Below, in pieces: positions 19,478 through 27,810 of a stretch of 64,000 nucleotides of DNA. A model generated the notes under the pieces. It was not told the DNA's origin. It saw only the letters and a list, made by a program, of their open reading frames with translations, and ran no database searches. Location: IMG/VR virus record IMGVR_UViG_3300009104_001476, one strand, 5' to 3'. Numbering within the stretch: position 1 is the first letter of the stretch; each line of letters begins with the position of its first letter. Source of the DNA: a virus. Position numbers and translations under genes: made by a program.

Positions 19478-21385
19478 ATGGATAAAAGAAAAAAAAGAGT
19501 ACTTTTCCAGAGTGATTTTTCTTTAGCCAAGACTGGCTTTGGTAGAAACGCTAAAGCTATTCTATCTTATTTGTATTCGAAAGGGGATTATGAAATCTTT
19601 CATTTTTGTGGGGGGTTAAATAAAACTCATTCGTCTTTATCTCAAACTCCTTGGAAATCCGTAGGATGTCTTCCTGACAACCCAAAAGAGAGGGAGTACA
19701 TGGAAAGGGACCCAAAAGTTGCGAGGATGGCTGCTTACGGAGCTTACGAGCTAGACAATATTATTAAAGATTTTAGGCCTGATGTCTATATAGCTGCCCA
19801 AGATATATGGGGGGTAGATTTTGCGGTTCAAAAAGATTGGTTTCAGCATACCAACTCTGTCATTTGGACGACCTTGGATTCATTACCTTTAATGAAAACC
19901 TCGTTAGATATAGCTAGTTCAGTAAAAAACTATTGGATATGGAGCGATTTCGCAACGAAAGAATTTCACAGACTGGGCCATACACATGTAGAAACTATGC
20001 ATGGAGCTTTAGAAGATAAATTTTTTAGAAGGCTCCCTGACGAAGACAGAACTCATTTACGTCGGCTTAATAATTTACCTAACGACGACTATATAATTGG
20101 TTACGTATTCAGGAATCAGTTAAGGAAATCTGTGCCTAATTTACTTGAAGGGTTTAGTCTTTTTAAAAAGGATAACCCGAAAGCTAAGCATTCTAAATTG
20201 CTTTTGCATACTCATTTTAGTGAAGGTTGGGACATCCAAAAATTAGCTAAGGAATACAACATTCCTATAACCGATATTCTTACAACTTATGTTTGTCAGT
20301 CTTGTAAGGCTTATGAAGTGAAGGCTTTTGCGGGAGAGAATATGCCTTGTAAAATTTGCGGCAATCAAGAGTCTTTAATAACAACTAATGTAAATATTGG
20401 GGTTAGAGAGAGCGAACTTAACGAAATATATAACCTTATGGATGTTTATTGCCATCCTTTTACTAGCGGAGGGCAAGAGTTTCCCATCCAAGAAGCGAAA
20501 ATGAGCGAGTTGATAACTTTAGTTACGAACTATAGTTGTGGAGAAGATTTATGTGTAGAAGATTCAGGCTCATTACCTTTAGATTGGTTCGAGTATAGAG
20601 AACACCAGACGGAGTTTAAGAAAGCCTCTACAGACCCCAAATCTATAGCTACTCAGTTAAATAAGGTCTTTAACATGAGCGAAAAAGAAAAAAGAGTCAT
20701 TGAAAAAGAATCTAGGCAGTGGGCTCTTGATAATTATTCCATAAGCACCATAGGTTTGAAAATCAAAGACTTTATTGACTCTTGTGGTTATATCGATGAA
20801 GAAGTCTACGACCAAGGACTAAACAAAGATCCGAAAGCTGAAGTGAACGGGGAGTTAGAAAACTCAGAATGGTTAACTGAGTTATATGATAAAATCTTAG
20901 ATCGTAAAATATTAAAGTCTGATCACGGTTTTAAATATTGGGTTCAGCGGATAGATAAAGGAGAGAGTAGAGAGAATATTGAGAACTTCTTTAGACAAGA
21001 AGCTTCGAAGAAAAATTTTAATATAGAGGATTATTTAGACGATGAGGGTGAGGAGAGCAGGATATTATATATAATGCCAAGGACTTCTTCTGACGTGTTT
21101 TTATCCACGAGCCTGTTTGAGTCTATTAAAAAGAATTATAAAGACTGCAATATATATGTTGCCACAGAACCTATTTATTTTCATATATTAGACGGGAATC
21201 CATACGTCCATAAATATATCCCTTATGCCCCTGAATTAGATAATATTTTTTCTTTAGAGGGAAACGGTCAGGAGAAGGGACATTTTAAAGTCGTCTATGC
21301 TCCTCATTTTTATACTCAGAAAATTAGTTGCTATCAACACAACGGCTTGGATGTTATTGATTTCAATACGTTAGCGACTGTTTAA
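19478..21385 (+). CDS. Multi-domain glycosyltransferase: GT4-like (GT-B) with CxxC-CxxC insert, DUF4214-like domain and GT9-like C-terminal segment
   Basis: YVFRNQLRK, HPFTSGGQEFPIQEA; LYDKILDR..GFKYW..R; DVFLSTSL..IKKNY..ILDGNPYV. Confidence 0.8.
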   Translation: MDKRKKRVLFQSDFSLAKTGFGRNAKAILSYLYSKGDYEIFHFCGGLNKTHSSLSQTPWKSVGCLPDNPKEREYMERDPKVARMAAYGAYELDNIIKDFRPDVYIAAQDIWGVDFAVQKDWFQHTNSVIWTTLDSLPLMKTSLDIASSVKNYWIWSDFATKEFHRLGHTHVETMHGALEDKFFRRLPDEDRTHLRRLNNLPNDDYIIGYVFRNQLRKSVPNLLEGFSLFKKDNPKAKHSKLLLHTHFSEGWDIQKLAKEYNIPITDILTTYVCQSCKAYEVKAFAGENMPCKICGNQESLITTNVNIGVRESELNEIYNLMDVYCHPFTSGGQEFPIQEAKMSELITLVTNYSCGEDLCVEDSGSLPLDWFEYREHQTEFKKASTDPKSIATQLNKVFNMSEKEKRVIEKESRQWALDNYSISTIGLKIKDFIDSCGYIDEEVYDQGLNKDPKAEVNGELENSEWLTELYDKILDRKILKSDHGFKYWVQRIDKGESRENIENFFRQEASKKNFNIEDYLDDEGEESRILYIMPRTSSDVFLSTSLFESIKKNYKDCNIYVATEPIYFHILDGNPYVHKYIPYAPELDNIFSLEGNGQEKGHFKVVYAPHFYTQKISCYQHNGLDVIDFNTLATV

Positions 21386-21427
21386 TTTTATTTTTTTAAA
21401 AAAACGTGTATAATATATTGAGAGTTA

Positions 21428-21715
21428 ATGAAGGTTAAGATTTTTGATGGCTTTGTAGCTTTTTTTAATTTTTTGGAGCAGCAGTCGATGCTAGATGCTT
21501 ATCCAGAATTTCAAAGCTTTGTACATCTTTATAAAAAAATAAACGTGGGTTGTGGTTGCCAAAAAGCTGTGAGAGTAAAAAAAACTGAGGAACAATATGA
21601 TTTATTAGCTAGACAAATGAGCCTTTTCCCAGTAATTTTACAGGAAATAAAAAATAGGACAGAGACTGAAGAGGTTCAGTTCCACATGAACGGTGTTTTG
21701 ATTTTTAAGGGATAA
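21428..21715 (+). CDS. Hypothetical protein (GCGC motif)
   Basis: ORF preceded by GTGTATAATA. Confidence 0.6.
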   Translation: MKVKIFDGFVAFFNFLEQQSMLDAYPEFQSFVHLYKKINVGCGCQKAVRVKKTEEQYDLLARQMSLFPVILQEIKNRTETEEVQFHMNGVLIFKG

Positions 21716-21718
21716 AAA

Positions 21719-21937
21719 ATGATAGAAGCGGAAAAACAATCCAGAGTATTGAGATTAAAGTATAATAAAAAATTTATTAATAGGATCATTATAGTTAAAG
21801 ATCGAGCTACTGAAAAAACTTGGAAAGGTAAAATCTTAAATGTCCTAGATCACGAGACTTTCTCAGTGGAAAACAATTCGTCTCGTGAAAGACCTGTCGT
21901 GGAAGTAGATATCTATGATATAGTGAGGGTTATTTGA
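21719..21937 (+). CDS. Hypothetical protein
   Basis: ORF in the + strand gene run. Confidence 0.55.
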   Translation: MIEAEKQSRVLRLKYNKKFINRIIIVKDRATEKTWKGKILNVLDHETFSVENNSSRERPVVEVDIYDIVRVI

Positions 21938-22007
21938 GCATTTTTGTCTCACTTTTATTATTATAATACCAATGCCAGAGTGTCCCACTTTGGCCTTTCT
22001 CCTAAAG

Positions 22008-22037
22008 AAAACCCCTAGAAATAGGGGTTTTTATTTT
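22008..22037 (+). terminator. Rho-independent terminator
   Basis: AAAACCCCT-agaaat-AGGGGTTTT followed by a T-rich tail. Confidence 0.75.
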
Positions 22038-22052
22038 GGCATGGTTTATGCT
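22036..22052 (+). promoter_or_regulatory. sigma54-like (-24/-12) promoter TTGGCATGGTTTATGCT
   Basis: GG-N10-GC spacing matches TGGCACGNNNNTTGC; directly upstream of hsp20. Confidence 0.65.
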
Positions 22053-22063
22053 TTATAAGTGTT

Positions 22064-22411
22064 ATGACTACATTAAAATTAAGAAATACACTGTTCGATA
22101 ACTTTTTTAATACTGGGCTAGACCACGTGCTTTATGAAGATAATGATGATTATTATTATGAAGAGACTGAAGATGCCTATAAATACCAGTTTAATTTAGC
22201 TGGGTTTAAAAAGGAAAGCATTAAGGTCTCCGTAGAGAATAATCTACTTAAAGTAAAAGCGCAGCAAGGAGATCGGGTGTTTTCTAAAGCCTACACCGTA
22301 TCAAGAAAGGCGGATGGTTCCGCTTCGGTAGCAAAATATGAGGATGGAATGTTGTATGTTACAATTAACAAAAAGGTTTCAGAAAAAGCGATTGAATTAG
22401 AGGTGAATTAG
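22064..22411 (+). CDS. Small heat-shock protein Hsp20
   Basis: NLAGFKKESIKVSVENNLLKV, AKYEDGMLYVTI alpha-crystallin motifs. Confidence 0.92.
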   Translation: MTTLKLRNTLFDNFFNTGLDHVLYEDNDDYYYEETEDAYKYQFNLAGFKKESIKVSVENNLLKVKAQQGDRVFSKAYTVSRKADGSASVAKYEDGMLYVTINKKVSEKAIELEVN

Positions 22412-22436
22412 AGGTGAAATAAATCGTCTTTTATGT

Positions 22437-22465
22437 TTGACAGAATGTTAACAATTAGTTAGACT
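22437..22465 (+). promoter_or_regulatory. sigma70-type promoter TTGACA-17-TAGACT
   Basis: Consensus -35 box and 17-nt spacer. Confidence 0.6.
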
Positions 22466-22480
22466 GTCATCGTTAAACAA

Positions 22481-22696
22481 ATGAAAACAAAAAAGAGACA
22501 AACTAAATCCGAAGAAACAACTAATAACATGACAATGGTAAAGACGGGTTACGCTAGAGTAGCCATTCTGCTTCTGGCAGTCAATCTTTGCTTAACCGCA
22601 TACGCGTTTGCTCGTTTAAACGAGTATACTGACGCAAGAATTAGCGCTGCCGAAGGAGAGCAGCAACCCATTGAGGAGGTGAAGAACTCTCAATAA
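22481..22696 (+). CDS. Small single-pass membrane protein
   Basis: Hydrophobic VAILLLAVNLCLTAYAF. Confidence 0.6.
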   Translation: MKTKKRQTKSEETTNNMTMVKTGYARVAILLLAVNLCLTAYAFARLNEYTDARISAAEGEQQPIEEVKNSQ

Positions 22697-22725
22697 GAGA
22701 CTATATAACTAAAAGAATCAACAAA

Positions 22726-22761
22726 CCCCGCTGCAAGTTTTTCTTGTGGCGGGGCTTTTTT
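22726..22761 (+). terminator. Rho-independent terminator
   Basis: CCCCGCTGCAAG...CTTGTGGCGGGG followed by a T run. Confidence 0.75.
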
Positions 22762-22777
22762 ATGTTATTATATTATA

Positions 22778-23581
22778 ATGAATGTCGGAGTAATTGGAAA
22801 TGGTTATGTGGGTAACGCTACAAGCGTTATGGCGAAAAATCATAAGGTAAAAGTGCACGATAAAGATGAATCTAAAAGCGATTCCTCATTAAAGGAACTT
22901 GTTTCTTCTAGCGATTTGATTTTTATATGTGTCCCGACTCCTATGCGTATAGATGGTTCTTGCTGTACGGATATAGTCGAGAGCGTTGTGTCTCAGCTAA
23001 GGCAGTTGAGGGTAGATTTAAATAAGGTTGTGATAAGATCTACTGTACCAGCAGGAACTTCTGAATCTTTAAACTGCAACTTTATGCCTGAATTTTTGAC
23101 CGAAAAAAATTGGGAAAAAGATGTGCTTAATTGTAAAGAGTGGGTATTTGGAGTTCATGATGAAAAAGATTTTAATAAGGATTTATTGTTTGAATTAGCT
23201 GATGGGAAAACGATACATTACTGTACGACTAAAGAAGCTGAACTTTGTAAAAACATTAGGAATGCTTTTCTAGCGACAAAGGTTTCATTTTTTAATGAGG
23301 TTTATGAGCTTTGCGATAAGCTTGGTGTAGATTACGAACAGGCTAAAAAATTAATCTTACTAGACTCAAGAATCAGCGCAAGTCACACGCAAGTTCCCGG
23401 CCATGATGGTAAAAAGGGTTTTGGTGGAACTTGTTTTCCTAAAGACATTCGTTCGTTACTTTTTCAAATGCACGAGGTAAACATGAATAGTTACATTCTA
23501 GAAGCCGCCATAAATAGAAATGAGATTATCGATAGGCCAGAAAAAGAGTGGGAGAGCAATAAAGGAAGAAGTGTCGTTTAA
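22778..23581 (+). CDS. UDP-glucose/GDP-mannose dehydrogenase family (short form without the C-terminal domain)
   Basis: GNGYVG, ICVPTP, RSTVP, PEFL, FGGTCFPKD. Confidence 0.92.
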   Translation: MNVGVIGNGYVGNATSVMAKNHKVKVHDKDESKSDSSLKELVSSSDLIFICVPTPMRIDGSCCTDIVESVVSQLRQLRVDLNKVVIRSTVPAGTSESLNCNFMPEFLTEKNWEKDVLNCKEWVFGVHDEKDFNKDLLFELADGKTIHYCTTKEAELCKNIRNAFLATKVSFFNEVYELCDKLGVDYEQAKKLILLDSRISASHTQVPGHDGKKGFGGTCFPKDIRSLLFQMHEVNMNSYILEAAINRNEIIDRPEKEWESNKGRSVV

Positions 23582-23589
23582 ATTTTTTT

Positions 23590-23666
23590 GCTCTTGTAGC
23601 TCAATTGGATAGAGCATCTGCCTTCTAAGCAGAGGGTTCTGGGTTCGAGTCCCAGCGAGAGTACCA
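23590..23666 (+). tRNA. tRNA-Arg (anticodon TCT) with encoded CCA
   Basis: Acceptor GCTCTTG/CGAGAGT, D arm, anticodon stem TCTGC-CTTCTAA-GCAGA, GGTTCGAGTCC T arm. Confidence 0.95.
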
Positions 23667-23704
23667 TTTTTTTTATTTTGACGTCTTTTGACTTATAATA
23701 AAAC

Positions 23705-24112
23705 GTGGAAGACTTAAGAATCGTTGTCGTGAGTGGATATTTTGACCCCCTTCACGTAGGCCATATAGAATATTTAGAGTTAGCTAAAAGCCTTGGGGAT
23801 AAATTAATTGTTATTGTTAATAATGATAAGCAGGCTTCTCTAAAAAAGGGGGAACCTTTCATGAAAGAGCAGGATCGTTTGATTATCGTGAGTTCTTTAA
23901 GATGCGTGGATAACGTGTTCTTATCTATAGATGAAGGTAAAGACGTTTGTAAAAGTTTAGCTTATCTGAACCCAGACATTTTTGCTAATGGTGGTGATAG
24001 ATTAAATAGAGAGATTCCCGAGGCAAAAGTGTGTGACGAGTTAGGTATAGCTTTAGTAGACGGTTTAGGCACAAAAATAAGATCATCTTCTGACTATACA
24101 GGATTAAAATAA
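23705..24112 (+). CDS. Cytidylyltransferase-like nucleotidyltransferase (HIGH family)
   Basis: SGYFDPLHVGH, NGGDR, KIRSSS; GTG start. Confidence 0.9.
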   Translation: MEDLRIVVVSGYFDPLHVGHIEYLELAKSLGDKLIVIVNNDKQASLKKGEPFMKEQDRLIIVSSLRCVDNVFLSIDEGKDVCKSLAYLNPDIFANGGDRLNREIPEAKVCDELGIALVDGLGTKIRSSSDYTGLK

Positions 24113-24140
24113 TTTATTATTTTTTATTATTTTTAATATT

Positions 24141-25103
24141 ATGTTTGATATGAAAAGATTTTCAGTAGTCGCCATCGGTCTCAGCCTTATTATTTCTCAA
24201 GTAGTGGGCGCTGAGAAAAAAACTACTACAGCAGATCATCTTCAAAATGTTTCTGTTACTATTCGCTCAGAAGGAGAATATTCTAATGGGGAAGGTTCTG
24301 GGGTGATTTTTACCAGAAAAGACTCTAAAGGTAATCAGGTCAATTTCGTGTGGACTGCAGGGCACGTTATAGACAATCTTCGAAAGACTAGAAAGACAGT
24401 AGTCAATGGCACGCCCAAAACTATCGTAGAGTTTAAAGATCCGATGGTAGTCAAAGAGATTCGACAAAACGGCAGGACTGTTGGTAGGCTTCAAATGGAT
24501 GCGGAAGTATTGAAGTACTCAGATGCTACTGACGGTCATGACCTTGCCTTACTAAGGGTTCGTAAGTTCAATTTTGTCACCGATTCGGTGACATTCTATT
24601 TAGACAAAGAGATCCCAAAACTGGGGGAAGATTTACTTCATGTTGGGAGCTTATTGGGTCAGATGGGCGCGAATAGTATGACTGATGGAATTTATTCTCA
24701 GCATGGGAGAATTTTGAAGAGTTTAAATAAGCATATCTTCGACCAAACTACTGTCACAGCTTTTCCGGGGTCTTCGGGTGGAGGCGTATACTTGAAAACA
24801 GATGCTCGTTATATCGGGATGCTTGTTCGCGGAGCGGGGGAAGGGTTTAACCTTATCGTACCTGTTCGTAGGATGCAAGAGTATTGCGAAAGACATAAAA
24901 TGACATGGGCTTTAGATAGAAATGTACCCATGCCCACAGAAGAAGAGTTGAAGAAGATGCCTATCGAACACGAGCCTAAAGATAAGGAAGAAGAGGACGG
25001 TGCTGAAGATGATCCAGACGCAAAAGAGACTAATAAAATGTTTCCATTTAGATTGAGGGTGACGTATCCAAAAGTGATTATTCTTCATTCTAAGACGGAA
25101 TAA
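24141..25103 (+). CDS. Trypsin-like serine protease with signal peptide
   Basis: TAGHV (His), DLALL (Asp), FPGSSGGG (Ser); hydrophobic N-terminus ending VGA. Confidence 0.9.
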   Translation: MFDMKRFSVVAIGLSLIISQVVGAEKKTTTADHLQNVSVTIRSEGEYSNGEGSGVIFTRKDSKGNQVNFVWTAGHVIDNLRKTRKTVVNGTPKTIVEFKDPMVVKEIRQNGRTVGRLQMDAEVLKYSDATDGHDLALLRVRKFNFVTDSVTFYLDKEIPKLGEDLLHVGSLLGQMGANSMTDGIYSQHGRILKSLNKHIFDQTTVTAFPGSSGGGVYLKTDARYIGMLVRGAGEGFNLIVPVRRMQEYCERHKMTWALDRNVPMPTEEELKKMPIEHEPKDKEEEDGAEDDPDAKETNKMFPFRLRVTYPKVIILHSKTE

Positions 25104-25138
25104 AATAGGGTGTCTTATTGGTGGGGGTATCCTATACT

Positions 25139-25176
25139 AAAACGTGGCGGCTGAAATATGTCGTCACGTTTTTTAT
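25139..25176 (+). terminator. Rho-independent terminator
   Basis: AAAACGTGGCGGC-tgaaatat-GTCGTCACGTTTT plus T tail. Confidence 0.7.
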
Positions 25177-25208
25177 TTATTTTTTAAAATTCTCTGAAAC
25201 ATTTTATA

Positions 25209-26549
25209 ATGGATATGCCGAGAAAGACGAAAACAACCAAGGCGAAAGCCACCAAAGCTAAAACCGCTAAAGCGAAAAGGGCAACTTCTAGAAGGAAGGA
25301 AGAAACAATATTTATATCTTTAGCTAGCTATAGAGACAAAGAGCTTGTACCGACAATAGAAGATATTATTTCCCAAGCAAGCCAGCCAAAAAATCTAAGG
25401 TTTGGTATTTGTTGGCAGAGAGGGGAGGAAGAAAATTTAGATCAATATATTAATGATCCTAGGTTTATTATCATAGACGTTCCTTACAAAGAAGCAAAAG
25501 GAGTATGCTGGGCTCGAAATTTAATTCAAAAACAATTTAATAATGAAACATATATTCTTCAACTAGATTCTCATCATCGTTTTAAAAAAGGGTGGGATAC
25601 AATTCTAAAGAATAAGTTAAAACTTTTAAAAAAGAAGGGTACGAAAAAACCGATAATAAGTACTTATATCCCTAGCTATGAACCAGATAGAGAGCCAAAA
25701 GGGAGATGTCAAGATGTTTGGAATTTAAGTTTTGATAGATTTATGCCCGAGGGGGCAGTATTTCTTAGGCCGAATGGAATGCCAGAAGAATGGGTGAGTA
25801 AAAAGAAAAAGACGATGCCGAGAGGTAGGTTCCTAAGTGGTCATTTTATTTTTACTGATGGGCATTTTTATAAAAACGTTCCGTATGATCCTCATCTTTA
25901 TTTTCATGGAGAAGAAACCTCTTATGCTGTCAGAGCTTATACTCATGGCTATGACATATTTCAAATGGACGAGATCGTTGCGTGGCACTTTTACCATAGA
26001 GACGGAAATATTCGACACTGGGACGAGCACTCTGATTGGGACGACATAAATAAAAATAGTTTTAAAAGGTTTAAAAAACTTTTCAATGTAGACGGAGAAG
26101 GAGATGACAAGGTTATGTGGGGTCCTTATGGTCTTGGTAAAGAAAGAACTCTACAAGAGTTTGAACGTTTTGCTGGAATAGACTTTGAGAACAGAAGGGT
26201 CCATAAGGAGACCAAGTTGTTTCTTGAGCCTCCTGTTTCTAATTACGAAGAAGGATTGACGAGCGAGTTTAAATATTGCATAGACCTTCACCAAAACGAT
26301 GTCCCAGAAAAGGATTGCGATTGGATGGCTGTAGCTTTTGAAAACGAAGATGGGGAAGAAGTTGCCCGAATTGACGCGGACGAGTCAGAAGTTATCTCGT
26401 TACTAAGAGAGGCTTCTCAAGGAGATGGTTGGTTAAGGATATGGCGTACCATTGAAGTCTCAGAAGTCCCTAAGAGCTGGGTAGTTTGGCCTCATAGCAA
26501 GACTAAAGGGTTTTTAGAGAGAATACAGAGAGATTTACCAAAGGTTTAG
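25209..26549 (+). CDS. GT60-like (GlcNAc transferase family) glycosyltransferase with basic N-terminal tail
   Basis: IFISLASYRD, GVCWAR, LQLDSHHRF, YFHGEE, AYTHGYDIF. Confidence 0.82.
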   Translation: MDMPRKTKTTKAKATKAKTAKAKRATSRRKEETIFISLASYRDKELVPTIEDIISQASQPKNLRFGICWQRGEEENLDQYINDPRFIIIDVPYKEAKGVCWARNLIQKQFNNETYILQLDSHHRFKKGWDTILKNKLKLLKKKGTKKPIISTYIPSYEPDREPKGRCQDVWNLSFDRFMPEGAVFLRPNGMPEEWVSKKKKTMPRGRFLSGHFIFTDGHFYKNVPYDPHLYFHGEETSYAVRAYTHGYDIFQMDEIVAWHFYHRDGNIRHWDEHSDWDDINKNSFKRFKKLFNVDGEGDDKVMWGPYGLGKERTLQEFERFAGIDFENRRVHKETKLFLEPPVSNYEEGLTSEFKYCIDLHQNDVPEKDCDWMAVAFENEDGEEVARIDADESEVISLLREASQGDGWLRIWRTIEVSEVPKSWVVWPHSKTKGFLERIQRDLPKV

Positions 26550-26553
26550 AACT

Positions 26554-27807
26554 GTGAAAAAAGATACTATTTTTGTGCAGATGGCTGCTTATTCGGATCC
26601 GGAATTGGTGCCTACGGTTCTAGATATTTTTGATAAAGCTAAATATCCCGATAGGATAAAGGTCTGTGTTTGTTGGCAGCATAAGCCTGAAGAGAACATT
26701 GATGAGATTGCGGAAGATGATAGAGTTTTAATTTTAGATGTTCCGCATGAGGAGACGAAAGGGGTATGTTGGGCAAGGAATTTAATCCAGAAACAGTACG
26801 ATGGAGAAACTTATACCTTACAGTTAGATTCTCACCATCGCTTTGAGCAGGATTGGGATGAAATTTCCATCAAAATGATGAGGAATTTAAAGAAGGCTGG
26901 ATATAAAAAGCCAATATTAACGGGATATATTAGTTCTTATGATCCTCCTAATGATCCAGAGGGCAGAGCGAAAGAGCCTTGGCAGATGTGTTTTGATCGA
27001 TTTACCCCAGAGGGCGCGGTATTTTTTAAGCCGGAAGGTATACCGGATTGGAAAACAAGAAAGCTTCCTCCTAGGGGGAGATGGTTCTCAGGTCATTTTG
27101 CTTTTGCTGATGGGATAATGTGTGAAGAAGTGCCTCACGATCCTAATTATTGGTTCCATGGTGAAGAAATTAGTATCGCTGCGAGAGCCTACACTCATGG
27201 CTATGATATATTTTATCCTCACAAAATGATTGCATACCACGAATATACTAGACAGTATAGAGGCCCCAAAGTTTGGGACGACCAGCCTGAAAAGACTTCA
27301 AAACTAAACGAGGCCTCTCTTTTAAGGAATAGAAAACTTTTTGAAATGGATGGGGAGAAAAGAGATATCGATTTTGGCCCGTATGGATTCGGTAAAGAAA
27401 GGACTTTGAGAGATTACGAAAAGTATGCAGGGATACTTTTTGGTGAGAGATCCGTGCAAAAAGAAACTTTAGATAATGTAGAGCCTCCGAATTCTTGCGA
27501 GCACGATACGGAAGAAGAATGGGAGAATTCTTTTTGTCGGATATTTAAACATTGCATCGACATCCCCTACGAGGCTGTACCCCTAGATGATTATCACTTT
27601 TGGTGCGTAGTATTAAGAGACGAGGAAGGCAAAGAGATATATAGAGAAGACGCTAGCGATCAAGATATAACTCGTATGAAAAACGATCCGGATGGTTATT
27701 GTAAAGTGTGGGTGGATGCGGTCTTAGATAAAAAGCCACACAGTTGGATGATATGGCCGAATAGTCGCAGTCAGGGCTGGTGTGAGCAAATAGAAAGCAC
27801 GCTATAA
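26554..27807 (+). CDS. GT60-like glycosyltransferase, tandem paralog
   Basis: IFVQMAAYSD, GVCWAR, LQLDSHHRF, FHGEEI, AYTHGYDIF; shared C-terminal domain. Confidence 0.82.
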   Translation: MKKDTIFVQMAAYSDPELVPTVLDIFDKAKYPDRIKVCVCWQHKPEENIDEIAEDDRVLILDVPHEETKGVCWARNLIQKQYDGETYTLQLDSHHRFEQDWDEISIKMMRNLKKAGYKKPILTGYISSYDPPNDPEGRAKEPWQMCFDRFTPEGAVFFKPEGIPDWKTRKLPPRGRWFSGHFAFADGIMCEEVPHDPNYWFHGEEISIAARAYTHGYDIFYPHKMIAYHEYTRQYRGPKVWDDQPEKTSKLNEASLLRNRKLFEMDGEKRDIDFGPYGFGKERTLRDYEKYAGILFGERSVQKETLDNVEPPNSCEHDTEEEWENSFCRIFKHCIDIPYEAVPLDDYHFWCVVLRDEEGKEIYREDASDQDITRMKNDPDGYCKVWVDAVLDKKPHSWMIWPNSRSQGWCEQIESTL

Positions 27808-27810
27808 TAA

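Noticed and set aside
22394-22415. 11-bp tandem duplication GAATTAGAGGT at the end of hsp20
   Set aside because: Changes only the last codon and stop; likely slippage or an assembly artefact
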